Of a stretch of DNA of 64,000 nt, positions 50,688 through 63,127 are shown one piece after another. Each line of letters begins with the position of its first letter. Within the stretch, counting starts at the first letter, position 1. A program made the position numbers and the translations under genes. Origin of the DNA: Ramazzottius varieornatus (taxonomy: Eukaryota > Animalia > Tardigrada); assembly GCA_001949185.1 (NCBI GenBank), contig BDGG01000010.1:659337-723336 (forward strand). The letters run 5' to 3'. Under the pieces are notes generated by a model, which was given only the letters and a program-made list of their open reading frames with translations, ran no database searches and was not told where the DNA came from.

Positions 50688-51856
50688 TTTTATTGAATTA
50701 AAAATGGACCAGTCTTCCGGGATTATGACTAAATGTTCTTCTGTTATCGTCTATAACCTATCGATCTTTAGTTGGATTTACTTTTGTTAGATCTTTGATC
50801 TCCTCAGTTATTTGATTCGACGCTGCATTTACGAACATTGTTTCTTCCGTTGATTTTTTATGGTTATCATGGCTAACTGACTGTAGCTTTCGATTACTTA
50901 TGGTTTTTAGCACAGCGTTCTGGTAGTCTCTTCTAGTTTGAACGGTTTTATGTCTTTGGATTGCTGCTTTTGTACGAAGAAGTCTCTTCCCGAGTTATAA
51001 CTGAAAGATGTCACGTCGAATTCGCAAAAGCTTTGGAAAAGCTATCTGCTTGCTCGTTATAGATATCGAATGGTCGAATCGATTGACACATTTTGAGGAT
51101 GTACAGCATTTCTGAAGTGCCTGGTGGATCCCTATGTAGAGGGCCAGCGAGTCCTAGAGGAAGTCTACGCTTCAGGAATACTGTTGGCAAGGAACGCAAA
51201 AAGAACGTCAACAGCGGGGTTTGAACTGTGGAGGCCATGTCGCGAGCCATGGCTGCACACCGCTGAATAAATTGTAATTGAGAAGGCGATGTTTTAAATA
51301 GTACAAATTGAAACGAAACGGGGGCATTCATTCATAGTGGTGGTTAACATCATGTGTCAGACTACAGGTCGAGTGTAGATCAATCAAGTCGCTTGACGAC
51401 CCGATGCCCTTCGTTACGAAACTGACCTTGGCAGACGTAGGCCGTACGGAGAGAAAGAGCGCAGCTGCGCCAGTCTCGTCATCGACTTGTCAACATGTTC
51501 CTCGGCTCTTGTGAAAATACGCGTAATATCCGTTCCTTTATCCCTTGTTCCGCGGCAGCTTGAAACAACCCCAACACAAACATGGATCCTTCGCCTTGAT
51601 TCGTAACCGCAATAAGATCTCTCTTTGTGTGTTTCGTCTATTTTCAGGCAATCGCGTTGCTTTACTTTCTCCCCGCCACTGCGCATACTGAACTGCAAAC
51701 TGGCGATTTAGGTCAGATGCATAAACAGTGGTGCACTGTAATCCGCTAACTTGATTAGCTTTGTCGTTCGTTGTACGCGATCGCAAATACCCATCCGAAT
51801 ATTTCGCAAGCTTAGTTCGTTCTTTTGCAGATGAGTGGTGAGGAGAACGACTGAGG

Positions 51857-52706
51857 ATGGCCGCTCTGGAGATGCTCTTCGAAGAGGCGAAACGGCTGGA
51901 ATCGGAACGAAAGTTCAAGGAAGCTGAAAGACGCTACACGGAATACATCCGATACTGCGCTGCAGAGATGGACAGAGGACGCAAGAATTCGAATGATCTG
52001 TAAGTTCGCCCGTATACCTGTTTCCCTTTTCGTGAAATTGTCCGGAAATATTTCTTTCCATATTTCAGCTCCGAAAGACTGGCTTTGGCGTACAACAACA
52101 GGGGCTTGGTTCGCTACCTTCTCGTGGACTTTGACGCTGCGATTCAGGACTTCACTTCAGCCTTGCAATTGGACGATCAGCTCGCGGTGGCATATTACAA
52201 TCGAGGACTCGTCCACTACAGGCTCGGTAAGAATTTGAGAAATTTTCGAAAAATTCTAGTCTGGAAAACCTATCTTCTTAACCATCTTCTTGCGAAATAA
52301 GAGGTGCATATATTAGTTCTTGCCTTTTCGAGACACCACAAGCTGTGGAGAATTCTGGAGTACTTCTGTGAGAAGCTCGAAAGACGTTTTGATGTCGGAT
52401 GTCCGTTCTTGGCTTCTAGCAAACAGGGTGCGCGTGTCAAACGGGGTTGATTGTTTGCGCTAGATTTGCATCTCGATTGAACTTTATCTGTTTGAATGTA
52501 CAGTGCACTAACCGGTTATGTTTAGTGAGCAGCACACCGATACTTTGTCTCTGTACTTGACAGGTCAACTAGAACAAGCTCTACAAGATCTCGGCGAGAG
52601 TCACCGGCTGGATCCCGACTTTCAGTCGACGAACGACGCGCTCCACGATGCACTGCATCAGCGCACCACTTGGGTCTCGGCGTCCTCTTCGCCCACCTCT
52701 CCCTGA
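51857..52706 (+). CDS. TTC32: Small TPR protein, TTC32-like
   Basis: EAERRYTEYIRYCA, LAYNNRGLVRYLLVDF and YYNRGLVHYRLGQLEQALQDL...LDPDF, in 3 exons. Confidence 0.8.
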
Positions 52707-55145
52707 TTACAAGGGACAAACCTTTCTGTGATGTAAGACCACCATCAGCATAACTGCTATCCAACCTTGAATTTTCATCAGAAAGCGATTTTTAATACTA
52801 TCGTTTCCCGGGAGGGACTAATCGACGAGTAATCGCAAAGAGTTTCCTTCTTCTACCGATCACCTCTCAATTTTCTGAATTAAGTTAGATGAGAAACTTG
52901 GTGTGTAAGCCCAGACGTCTTTATGCCTCATGGAAGATGGAAAGAGTCAGACTGAAAATGGAAACACTATGATTGCATTTTTCTCTTTTTTGCAGGTAAA
53001 TTCCGCCTCGCAAAGCAGTATTTTCGTCCCCGAGCCTGTATCGGAAAGATTGCAAGACTTTTTCCGGATGTTACGCGTGCTGAAGAGCCGTAACAATATC
53101 ATTGAGTAGTTACATCATGAGAGAGCAGCAGCGATGACGACGTCTGGAAAAGCGGAAGACCTTGGCTCACATTGTTCAACCTTACAAGCGCTTGTCAGCA
53201 CTCCGGCCAGTCTCCTGTATGCTCAATTATGTAACCTCTCGTTTCGCGGTCTTCTCGGCCTGTTACGGAATCTTTGTTAGCATTTCCGGTCTATGTGTTT
53301 GCTATCGAAGAATGGTGACAGGAGTAGTCTGGTTGGGGAATTATGTAACCAGATGTCTCATTCCTTTTTACTGATGTGTTTCGGGGCGTAACCCAGCCTT
53401 GAAATCGGGCTTCGTGATGTAACACTTTCTGATTCATCCTGATTCTGTTCTTGCGTAGCCATTAGCTTTCTCTTTTCGCAGCAAATTTCTGGAAAAATTT
53501 TTACACTACCGCTACACGGTCATTCGCCAAAGGTTTTGTCCAGCATAGACAGATGATACCCTCGTTCAGGTACGTACGTACGCTCGTACCCTTTCGAACC
53601 CACGGGGAAATCGTACAAGGCTTACAGTACGCCCAAGTTTCTTCCTTGTGATATCTGTCCTTCATGAACAGGCGAAACAAGTTTCAGTAGTACACGGTAC
53701 ACCTGAAGCTGTGGTGCGAGATCAAGATTTTTGATATTGGAAGTCCACCCACGCCCCGTCATCGTCATCCAATCGGTCTGTACGAAGCCAGCGAACCAAA
53801 CTTCCGGAACAGAACAGCGCCACCTGTAGGATTCATGCTTTTGCAGGCACAACTGGCGCACTTCCGGTTTACACTCGCCGCGGCAAAAATATTTGAGAGG
53901 TTCATTGATGCTCTGCTAATGCTGTCGTTTTTACAAATGGATTTTCTTGATGCTGATCCTGACACCCCGTCGCTGACAGGTATGGTGACCGCTGAACACC
54001 TTCGAGAAGACATTCTGATGAGTGTTCTGGCCGCGGTAAGTCGCTTGTCTCATCATCTCTTCCTAAATGACCACAAAGTCATTACTGTTCATCAGTGACT
54101 ATCTATTTTCTTTTTAGGGTTCGCGACACGGTCCTCCGACGCCGCCGCAGAACGGGAGTCGGGACAGTGAGAAGACATTCTGATACCTTTCCTGGCCGGG
54201 GCGAGGACACTTGCTCGATACTTCGAGTCTTTCCTGGTCCATTCATACCGCCGACTGTTCCTTTTTGATAACTTAATGGTCGCGAAAAAGGTCTGATTGA
54301 CAAAGCTCTGATGCCGCCGAAGATTGCAAGGTCTTAAGAATGGACGTACGTGCTGAAGCGTTGTACGTAAGCCCTCAAATGATGCGCCTGTGCTGGACGA
54401 GTTTTCAGCACGACTTTTTGAGTTACCTGCCTTCCGAAGTTAACCCCCAGATGACACTAAATACCGCTGAGGAAGGGAAGGTAGCAAGCTAGCGATTGCC
54501 CAATATGATCTCAAGTCGATCCGCTGTAATGCAGCCCACAATCAAAGGCGGAAGAGCTGTGCGGCTGTGGACATGATGATTCGTCTTCGCCCTGACGAAA
54601 GACACAGGCTGTTGAAGGCGGAAGTGACTGTTCCTCTAACCTCAGGACCGAAGAACTGAAGCTGATCTGACCTTCCAAACTCGTCATCCTTTGGATTCCT
54701 TTCCCCCTGTCGAGCGGCGCCACTTCTCCAAGTTTAGTATCCCTTGAAAAGCATGATCTGAAGAATATTTTTCAGAAAGCCAGTCGCTTCGAATTTGATT
54801 GTTTCATTACAGGAATCGTTCGAGATATGCCCCAATTCTGTTCCACAAACCTTCAAAACCTCAGAAAACACAAAACAGGTGTGGTCGTGTCAGAAATGAA
54901 CAAGGAACCAGATGTAAGGAGATCGAAGTGCACTAGTAAAAAGCAAGTAAGTCAAGTAAATCCGCAAAAGAATCACAAATCACTAGTGAATGGTCCACAG
55001 ACAACGCGAAAAATCGTATGAAACCCGGAAATACAGTGAGAAAGACTATCATTTGCGTGAAAACATACCGGAAAAGCTATCCTGACTAAACACCTTTCAC
55101 ACATATCAGAGGCTAACAAGTAACAACAAGCGAATCTAACTCCAC

Positions 55146-58100
55146 TCAACCGTCGATCAGTGCCGAAACGGTATTCGAACTTATATCCGGTTCCTGATCG
55201 AGCGTCGTCACATGGCTCAAGGCGTCCATAAAGTTCACGTCGTCTGACGGTGAAACATCCATGCTAGGCCTGCGGCTGCCGGTATCAATATTGGAAGGTT
55301 CCGGCTGCTCATCCACCCGAGACATGCCAGCAACCTTCTCTTGGTTGGCGAAGACAGCTTTGACGAACTGCTGGGCGACTCGCTCGACATAGTTGGTGCC
55401 AAAGGGATTCTTTCCTTCCAGGAAGCCAATATGGCCTCCATGGGACGTGACGAGGATGCATAAGGTTGGGTTCGCCTTGGCTTCCTCCTTTGGTATGGCT
55501 GGAGAAAAACAGCAAAGTCGTCATTCTGTTTATCGTCTCATCCGGAAGGATTCTTAATTACCGTCATAGGGTGAGAAAACGTCGTCGGCAGCGTTGATAG
55601 CCAGCAGTGGTGTTTTGATGTGCGCCACTTTGTCATGAAGGGTTGCCGATCGGTAGTAATCGTCGGCGTTGGCGTAGCCGAACATTTTCGACGTCAGACT
55701 TTCATCGAACTGACGTAACGTTCGCACATTCTCCAAACCAGACAGATCGTAAGCCTTGCCAAGAATTTCCTCATGTCTGTTGAGAAGAAAAAAATTACCA
55801 TAAATAAAAAATCTTTTCGGTCGCTACTCCGATAAGACTCTTATGCACTCCCAAAGGCAAACTTACAAGAATAGTACTACGGTATAATTGTCAAGAAAAT
55901 ATCAGAAAGGAGGCCGTCCGCGATCAACGTGGGAAACTCGTGAATTTCAATTTCTTCAGCGACGGTTTTTTCTTCTGGGCTGTCATAGGTCAGTTTCAAA
56001 CCGTCAATGCTACTTCGTAGAGTAATCAATGGGGTACCATAGCCTGCAAAGCACGACTTCGTCTGACCCATTATCGCGAAGTTAGGTCTGATTTTGCAAT
56101 GGTGGATCAACGATCACAGCCAACTGGTTTCCGACTTGACTCTTTTGCGCTTGCATTCTCTCTGAGCGGCGAAGATTACAAACTGGCGGATTTAATGCGT
56201 CACCAGTAAAACCTGGCCGTTTTGTTTCTCCATGCGCGCAGCAGAAAACAGTTTCGATAAGGACAAGCACTGACTGACTGTGTGGTAATTCACCCCTGAC
56301 TCGAGTCGAGAGCAAGTGGCCAGGCAATCTTTCAGCTACTGGTCCATGGTTTTCCATGGCTGTAGCGGATGTCGCGCTGAGATCTGATTGTATCACATCG
56401 AAATCTACCACTTGATGTAAAAAGAGCTCAGTTTGGGCTCAACAAGCAAATTCCCAGGTTGGCCGCGGACGGCCTCAAAAGAAAAGGTTTGATTCTTTAT
56501 CCACATTTTACACCATTGTTTCTTGAATTATCAGTTTTTTTAAAAACATCACCGATGTTTTCGACAGTTACGGAAGTTCGTGAACTAATCTTACTTTTGC
56601 ACCGCGTCGCACAGTGCTCTTGTCAGCATTCGGTTGAAGAGCAGCCAATTCAGCGGTTCCTCAAGAACCTTGGCGGACTCGAAAAAGTTCCAGGCCACGG
56701 AGACGGTCATGACCGCCAAGAGCAGCGAGTCTTCGTTAGCCATACCGCACTTGGCCACATAGTTTGTCAGCAGGATTCTACAATAGACAAGAGAAGCACG
56801 TTATTACCGCTCAGTCAGCCAAGGCCGCTTATGTAATCAGCAATGTCGCCTGTTGACAGTCAGCCGACCTTCCAGCTCTTTATTGGCAGTCAACACTCAA
56901 CACTAGGCTTCCCGGAAGGCCAACAGACCACAAAATGAACGATAGGCAGACAGACATGGAACACACTTCTCTTTTCAGTATTCACGGCCACGTAGTTTGA
57001 ATAACTTTAGAGCGCACACCGGAAACGATTATCGGGACGAAACAAATTTACCATAGAAAAATGCATATTTACCCTCCGAGGGACACGCCGATAGCCACGA
57101 TAGGCACTGTCGGATACCGTTGCTTTAAATGTCGAATAACCTGGGCGACGTCCGTGGTATCCGCTACAGTGATAAATACTCGGTCAACACAAGAAAACCC
57201 ATCGCAAGCAAACAAATTAGATCAGCAAACAAATTAGATTAGAGAATTTTCCTATGTGGCGCACAGTTTTGGTGTTACTAGCTGAAGCCGTGCGCCAGAT
57301 TGGGAAACGATCTTCGCGAATTTGAGCACACAGTGGATCTCAACCGGACTCACCCATGAAGCATCCTCGCAAGTTCCCAGTGGCTCCTCGATAGTTCATC
57401 ACGACAGCGCTGCAAAGAAGAAAGAATGCTCCGTCAGGTCAGCAAGCTGAAGTTAGTCGGACAAGAGTTTTCTTACGAAAAGCCGAGTTGTTCGACGACT
57501 TGGACCAGTCCTTGAACGTAATTCCTGGTGGAGTCACCGGTCATTCCAGGCAGGATTAGGACCAGTCCGTTCGGTGTGGGAACTGTCTGGACTGGCTGCG
57601 TTTTCGGAATAGCCTTGACTTCTTCCGCCGACTTGCTAGGAACTCCATCCGTCATACTCGTACTGGCTTCTCTGGATATCGAGGCAGTTGCCCGATCCAG
57701 CATGCCTTCCGGCGTGTACGACAGAGGAACATCGGCGGAAATCGACGGCATGGATTCCTTGTCTGCAGGAGCTGCCGCCTCACCAACCCTACAAAAGCAA
57801 AGCCTTTTACACGGCTTCTGCATTGGGAAAAAGCTGACAGTTCCAATTTCTTACGCTTGCTCGACTTCCTGTAAGGTGTTGTAGTTTTTCAGTGAAGTCA
57901 GAACCTTTGGTATTTGAAGATACGGCATGCGTAAATGCGGTAGGAAATTGGTGTAGTAGTAACTCAGGGAATCAAACAGTGACATGCCCGAAGGCGTCTG
58001 TTCCACCACCTCGTGTCCCTCCGGAACCTCTTCTTCCCCCTTTCCCACAGGAACTTTCACGTCGTCCAAGCCAAACTCCCCCTCACCTTCAGGAATGCCT

Positions 58101-59094
58101 TCCAACGTGTACGACGGATGTATCCGTTCTTCGTCCAGATCCTCTGATAGATCTACAACAGCATGCCACGATCGAACCAGGAGAACAAAAAGCTAAACCG
58201 AATTTTAGAAAACGTACCGAGTTCGGGTGAAGGTGCGCGTTCCGAATGGGCTTTCTCGGAAACGGCATGTTCTCCTTTCGGACTATACGCTCCGGAATCC
58301 ACCTCCGAGTCATCATCAGAAAGGGCTGAGTGTTCGAGGTGAGCCAGTTCGATGCCCGCAGCCGAGGCAGAGCGGCGAAGGGGACCGAAGTAGGGAATCT
58401 GGATCTGAGGCATGCGCATGTGAAGCTGGAGCTGTAGCATGCGAAGATGCGGTAGTGAGTTGTAGTAGTAACTGAGCGAGTCGAGAAGTGAAGATGGCAC
58501 TACGGGAACTTCAGCTGGCGATTCTGGCTTCAACCGAGGATCCCACCAGTCAAGAGCAATTTCTGCTCCGTCAGACGTTTCAAAGACTTCCCTGCAAAAC
58601 AAAATTAATTAGCATTCTCAACTCAAGCCAACCAACCAAATATCAACTGCAATGGACAGATATCCGCAGTGACGTCATGGTGTCACGGTGAAATCGAAAA
58701 TCAGTAATTTGGATTTAATTAACCTCATGTAGGGATAACTCAAGCCACGATGTCTTCCTACAGCTGCCAAGATGGTCATCAAGCGAGATTCATGGACTAG
58801 AGGCGGAGGTCGATATTCCTCCTTCAAGATGGGACAGGTTTCCTGAAGCAGCTGGATAAAAGGACCTTCTCCAGCGAAGATCTCAGGCACCTACGAACAA
58901 TGAATAAAATATATTAATAATTCACGCGGAATTTTCCCAGGAGACGACCGAATGATCGATCGCTTTTAAGAAGTTTGAGTAGTCCTTACGCGTCCCGTAT
59001 TTTTCATATAATAATATGCATATCCCATGGCCCCGGGAATGCCAGACAACAAATAAGAGGGCATCATCTCGGCGATTTGTTCGAATGATTCCAT
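55146..59094 (-). CDS. ABHD1/2/3-family alpha/beta hydrolase with a large internal insertion
   Basis: N-terminal membrane anchor, SDGAEIALDW, LILPGMTG, NYRG, nucleophile GVSLGG, LAINAADD and HGGHIGFLEG. Confidence 0.9.
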
Positions 59095-60636
59095 CAAACG
59101 AAAAACGTCACCACAACACGCCAATTGATTTCCAGCCGTCCCAAACGACCGGAAATATCATCCGCCACTCGTCCTGACGCCGAGTCAAAGACCAAGAAAA
59201 CCTTCCAGCGTGATTGGTGGAGACTTGTCAGGCATCAAGGCCGTCGTCGCGTGCGTATTCTAGCCTGTACGCGAACCTAGATAAGAAAGCACTAGAGTCC
59301 AAGAGAGATACCGTCTTGAAGCGCAAACCTAATAGACAACAAGTTACCAGCTTGAGGGCTTACCAGGTTTGTGAATCCACTTTCGACTTTGAGCGACTTT
59401 GAGGGCAAAACTCTCCTTTGTTGACAGCACCTATCGAAAATTCCGCGTGCTCGACACTTTCCTGGGCGATTCCTCCGTAGTAGCAGTAGTTGCGAGATTG
59501 ACTCACCGTCGACTCAACGTGTGTGAGTGTATCGATGCCACGGTTAGCTAGGTTGATATCGACCTTCCAGTGGAACTATAAACAGCGAGCTTGGGTCGGT
59601 AAGAGCGTTTTTCATATAGATCATATTTCGCAAACACCAACAAGCTGCGAGATTCAGATCACTGACAGATCAGCATGGATGCAGCGGTGGAGACGGGAGA
59701 TTTACTGACTCGTGAGCCTAATATCCAAAATCACGGAACTGTCACTTACGACCTGCCAAGAACCGGTGCAACAGGGAAACTTTATCATCAGTGCGCAAAT
59801 CTTACCCTTTGAAGAGGAGACCTGGTGTTCGAACGACATTCGGAACGGCATTTTTCATATGAAAAATATCGATTGACTGTTTGCCGTTCCAAAGTTGGGC
59901 TGCACTTAATGTTGCGAAGCCCGCTCTGTGTTTGGGTAATTTATTGAGTAAATCACCCGTTCATCGCTGCACCATGGCAAGCTCGTGCTGTCTCACGGTA
60001 CGTCCGTGCTGGATCAGTGCGAGACTGCGAGTGCGATACTGTGAGTGCGAGATCACTTCGTCGAAAAAGAAAGTTTACGACAGCTGAGGCTGACGTGCGT
60101 ACTCGATGTAGTTGAAACTACTCAAATGACGTCACACCGGTTCTCTGCTGTTCTGGCTCTAACGCCATGGCGAAACTCGCAGCCTACTTCAGGGTACGCG
60201 ATCGGTTTCATGGAAGACATTAAATCAGTGGATGAGTGATCACATCCGGAAGCACATATAGCTCGCCTAAAAGCCACTCCGAACAACCATCATACTTCAT
60301 TACCAATTTTGAATGCGAGAAAGTGACAGCTGGAACCAGGAAGAACGAGGCTCACAACGAGAACCTTTGACCTAGAGCCCTCTTCAGACTATTCCCTTCG
60401 CAAGACGCGAAGCACCGTTATATCGTCTATCACGATATCGAAAAGTGGACTTGGTAAAGCTGAACTTCTCCGTCCTCGCAATTTCGCATGGAAAAACTTT
60501 ACAGCAAGAAAAAATTCCAACAAATTAGTGAAGCAAACCAACGGAACAGCTTTCATAAAAACGTAGCAATGCATACCGACATTAGTGTGGCACGAGCTGC
60601 ACTAAAAACAGAGTTGATTAAAAGTTAAACCCTAAT

Positions 60637-62806
60637 CTATGAGACCTTGTGCTCGGAAAGGGCATTAGATTCCTCTCCGTGCTCATCTTCCGGTACGACT
60701 TCGCCATCTCCTCCCTTCGCCAATTTTGCTTTCCTGTAAAGTGCAAACAGATGCAATCGATAACCGGACCTTGATCGTTTCATTAAATCTGTACGTCCAG
60801 ACGTCGGAAATACAGACGATCGCTGCTAGATGCACAGTGGCACTTACTTATGGCACGGAAAGCACAGCGAGCTCACGCTCGTCACATTGCCCTCATCGTC
60901 TTCTTCCCACTGCAAAGAAAGATCTGTCAGAAAAACAAGTCAATTTCAGCAAGTGAATTACAATACTGCGCTGATCAGTGGAAAGCCAGTCAGTTTCTTT
61001 CCGTTAGCTTTTCACAGGACTGTTGACAAGCGGGCCAAAAATCACAGCCGGAGTTATTGGAACTTACATCGATCTGCCATATGCAGGCGCGACCTCGTTT
61101 GCCGTTGAGGTTGGCTTTCTCGGAGCCACACTGCGAACACTTGGCGCACTGTTCACACAACCATCGTCCGTGGGGAATGCGCGGTACGCCGACGCAGAAA
61201 CTGTGGTACCCTCGATCGCAAAGATCGCAGAACATCAGCTTTTCCTGCACCGAATAAAATCAACCCGATGATAAATCTCACTTCGCAGAAACAAAGGGGA
61301 AAAATTACCTCTTGGGTCGCGCGAGTGCACTTTAGGCAGATTTTACAGTCAGGACACTGCCAGGGATACTTTGTGATACAGAAAAGCGTTGCCTTGGGAA
61401 GGTGCATACAGCTGGGATGAACTGCAAAGAAGGAACAATTACAGCCTGTCTACAATTCCACTACCTTCCACTACCTTCCACTACTACAGCTTGTCTGACT
61501 AACGCTGACTTACATTTCTTCTCGCATTTTGAACAACCAATCTTCTTTTCTTTATCCAGCATGGCAGCGTTCATTTCGGGGAGGACTTTCCTGTTCTTCT
61601 TCTTCGGTGGCGCAAAGTCGTACTCGGACTTGATGACGGGCTGGCGCTCTCGAACGTGACAGGCGTAGCATTTGTTGGGCGGACAAGGATACATCTCTTC
61701 TTTCGGAGCCGGCAAGGCCGACATATCCAGCTCCTTGCTCACCTAAAAAATAAAAAATCTCAAACGATCGGAAAGAAACCATAAGTTGTCTGTTTTTACA
61801 TTGGCAATTCCAGGATCGGGTCGTTCGGTTTCTTTGGTAGTTCCTTTCAGCGGAGTTTCGTCGGACTTTTGCTTTCTTTTCTTCGAGCTCGCGGTACCAG
61901 GCTGCGGTTCTTCCGGCTGGTCTGTGACAGTCTCTTCCTCTTTCTTTTCGTTCTTGGTTTGTTCGTTATCGGAAGCGTCCGAATCTTCGTCGGAATCCAC
62001 AATACCGTGGTTTACTCCATCGCGGCTTTTCAACCGTTGGTACTCTTCGGCGGACATGTTGAGACACTGGACGGCGAACGAGGACGCTGAATGGACGGCA
62101 GTGTTGAGCGGCAGGAAACTCAGTTCTTTCGGGGTAAATCTGCAACAGGGGTTCGAGATCGGAAACTGGAAAGTAAACAAGTTAAAGAAGGCAAGCTTGA
62201 CTTACATTGGAACTGTGGTCGCGTACTGAGCAGGATAATGCATGAGTGCAACTGGGTAAGCATCGGCGCTTTTGGTGACCATCATGATCTTTGTCGGAGC
62301 GAGAGAACCATTGGTATTTGCGAGATTCCTGGCTAGATCGGGGTCGACAGGAAGGACGTTAACTGGTCGACGAGGCACATGGACAATCTGAAAACACAGG
62401 GAAAGAACATCACCGACAGAGTCGACGCTTGACGTCAGAAGGCCAGGTGAAAACTAGTGTGAAACATGTGACGTCATGAGGTAACTCTTGAAATACTTAC
62501 GTTTGTCTGAAGATCGAAAGAACATCTGCGCTCATTCATCCTTTGCTGATTAAGAAACGTGTTGTACTTCGCCACAGCTTTCAGAGCTTTCTGCTTTTGT
62601 AGTCTCAACCGGTTTTCGCGGTGAACGTGCGGATTGAAGAGATTTGCAGCGGAGAAGATTTTTTCGTTGTCGATGTCAGCAGATGGCGGAGCAGAAGAGG
62701 ACATGGAGGTAGCCTTTGAGCAGCTTGGACCGTTTCCGCTGAGTATATCAGGTGATTCCTGCAACGATCCTTCTAGCGCCAAGTTAGAAGCACTGTCGTA
62801 ATCCAT
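60637..62806 (-). CDS. PHF10: PHD finger protein 10 (BAF45a/SAYP), double PHD
   Basis: [44 protein letters not shown]...WQCPDCKIC and [17 protein letters not shown]...GRWLC. The 5' end is uncertain. Confidence 0.88.
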
Positions 62807-62972
62807 CCTGCGAAAAACTATTTCGATCCCGTTAGAGAAGCTACACGAACTGAGGAGGTACCGAGGAAAACTGGAAGGATTTTGAATGTGAAGGATTCAG
62901 GAACTCAGAGGGAATGCGAAACTTCTTCGCTTAATGGGCGAAATTACTGTATTACCTCCAAGGTTTCGCGCA

Positions 62973-63127
62973 GTCACGTGACATTTCAGTGGATTACACC
63001 CGGGGCCTCACATCACGGATTGTTTGATTGTAGCACATTGTTACGCTTGATTGGCCACGAATTTTTGATTGATGGCAGTAACCTTTCTTATCCCCGCCAC
63101 GCGATGTTCACTGGCCTGTCACGTGAC
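62973..63127. promoter_or_regulatory. Candidate PHF10 promoter: two GTCACGTGAC E-boxes and a CCAAT box
   Basis: Perfect GTCACGTGAC at 62973-62982 and 63118-63127, and GATTGG at ~63049. Confidence 0.4.

Noticed and set aside
53600-54720. Short ORFs between TTC32 and the ABHD gene
   Set aside because: No coherent gene model or homology. Possibly UTR or transposon debris.
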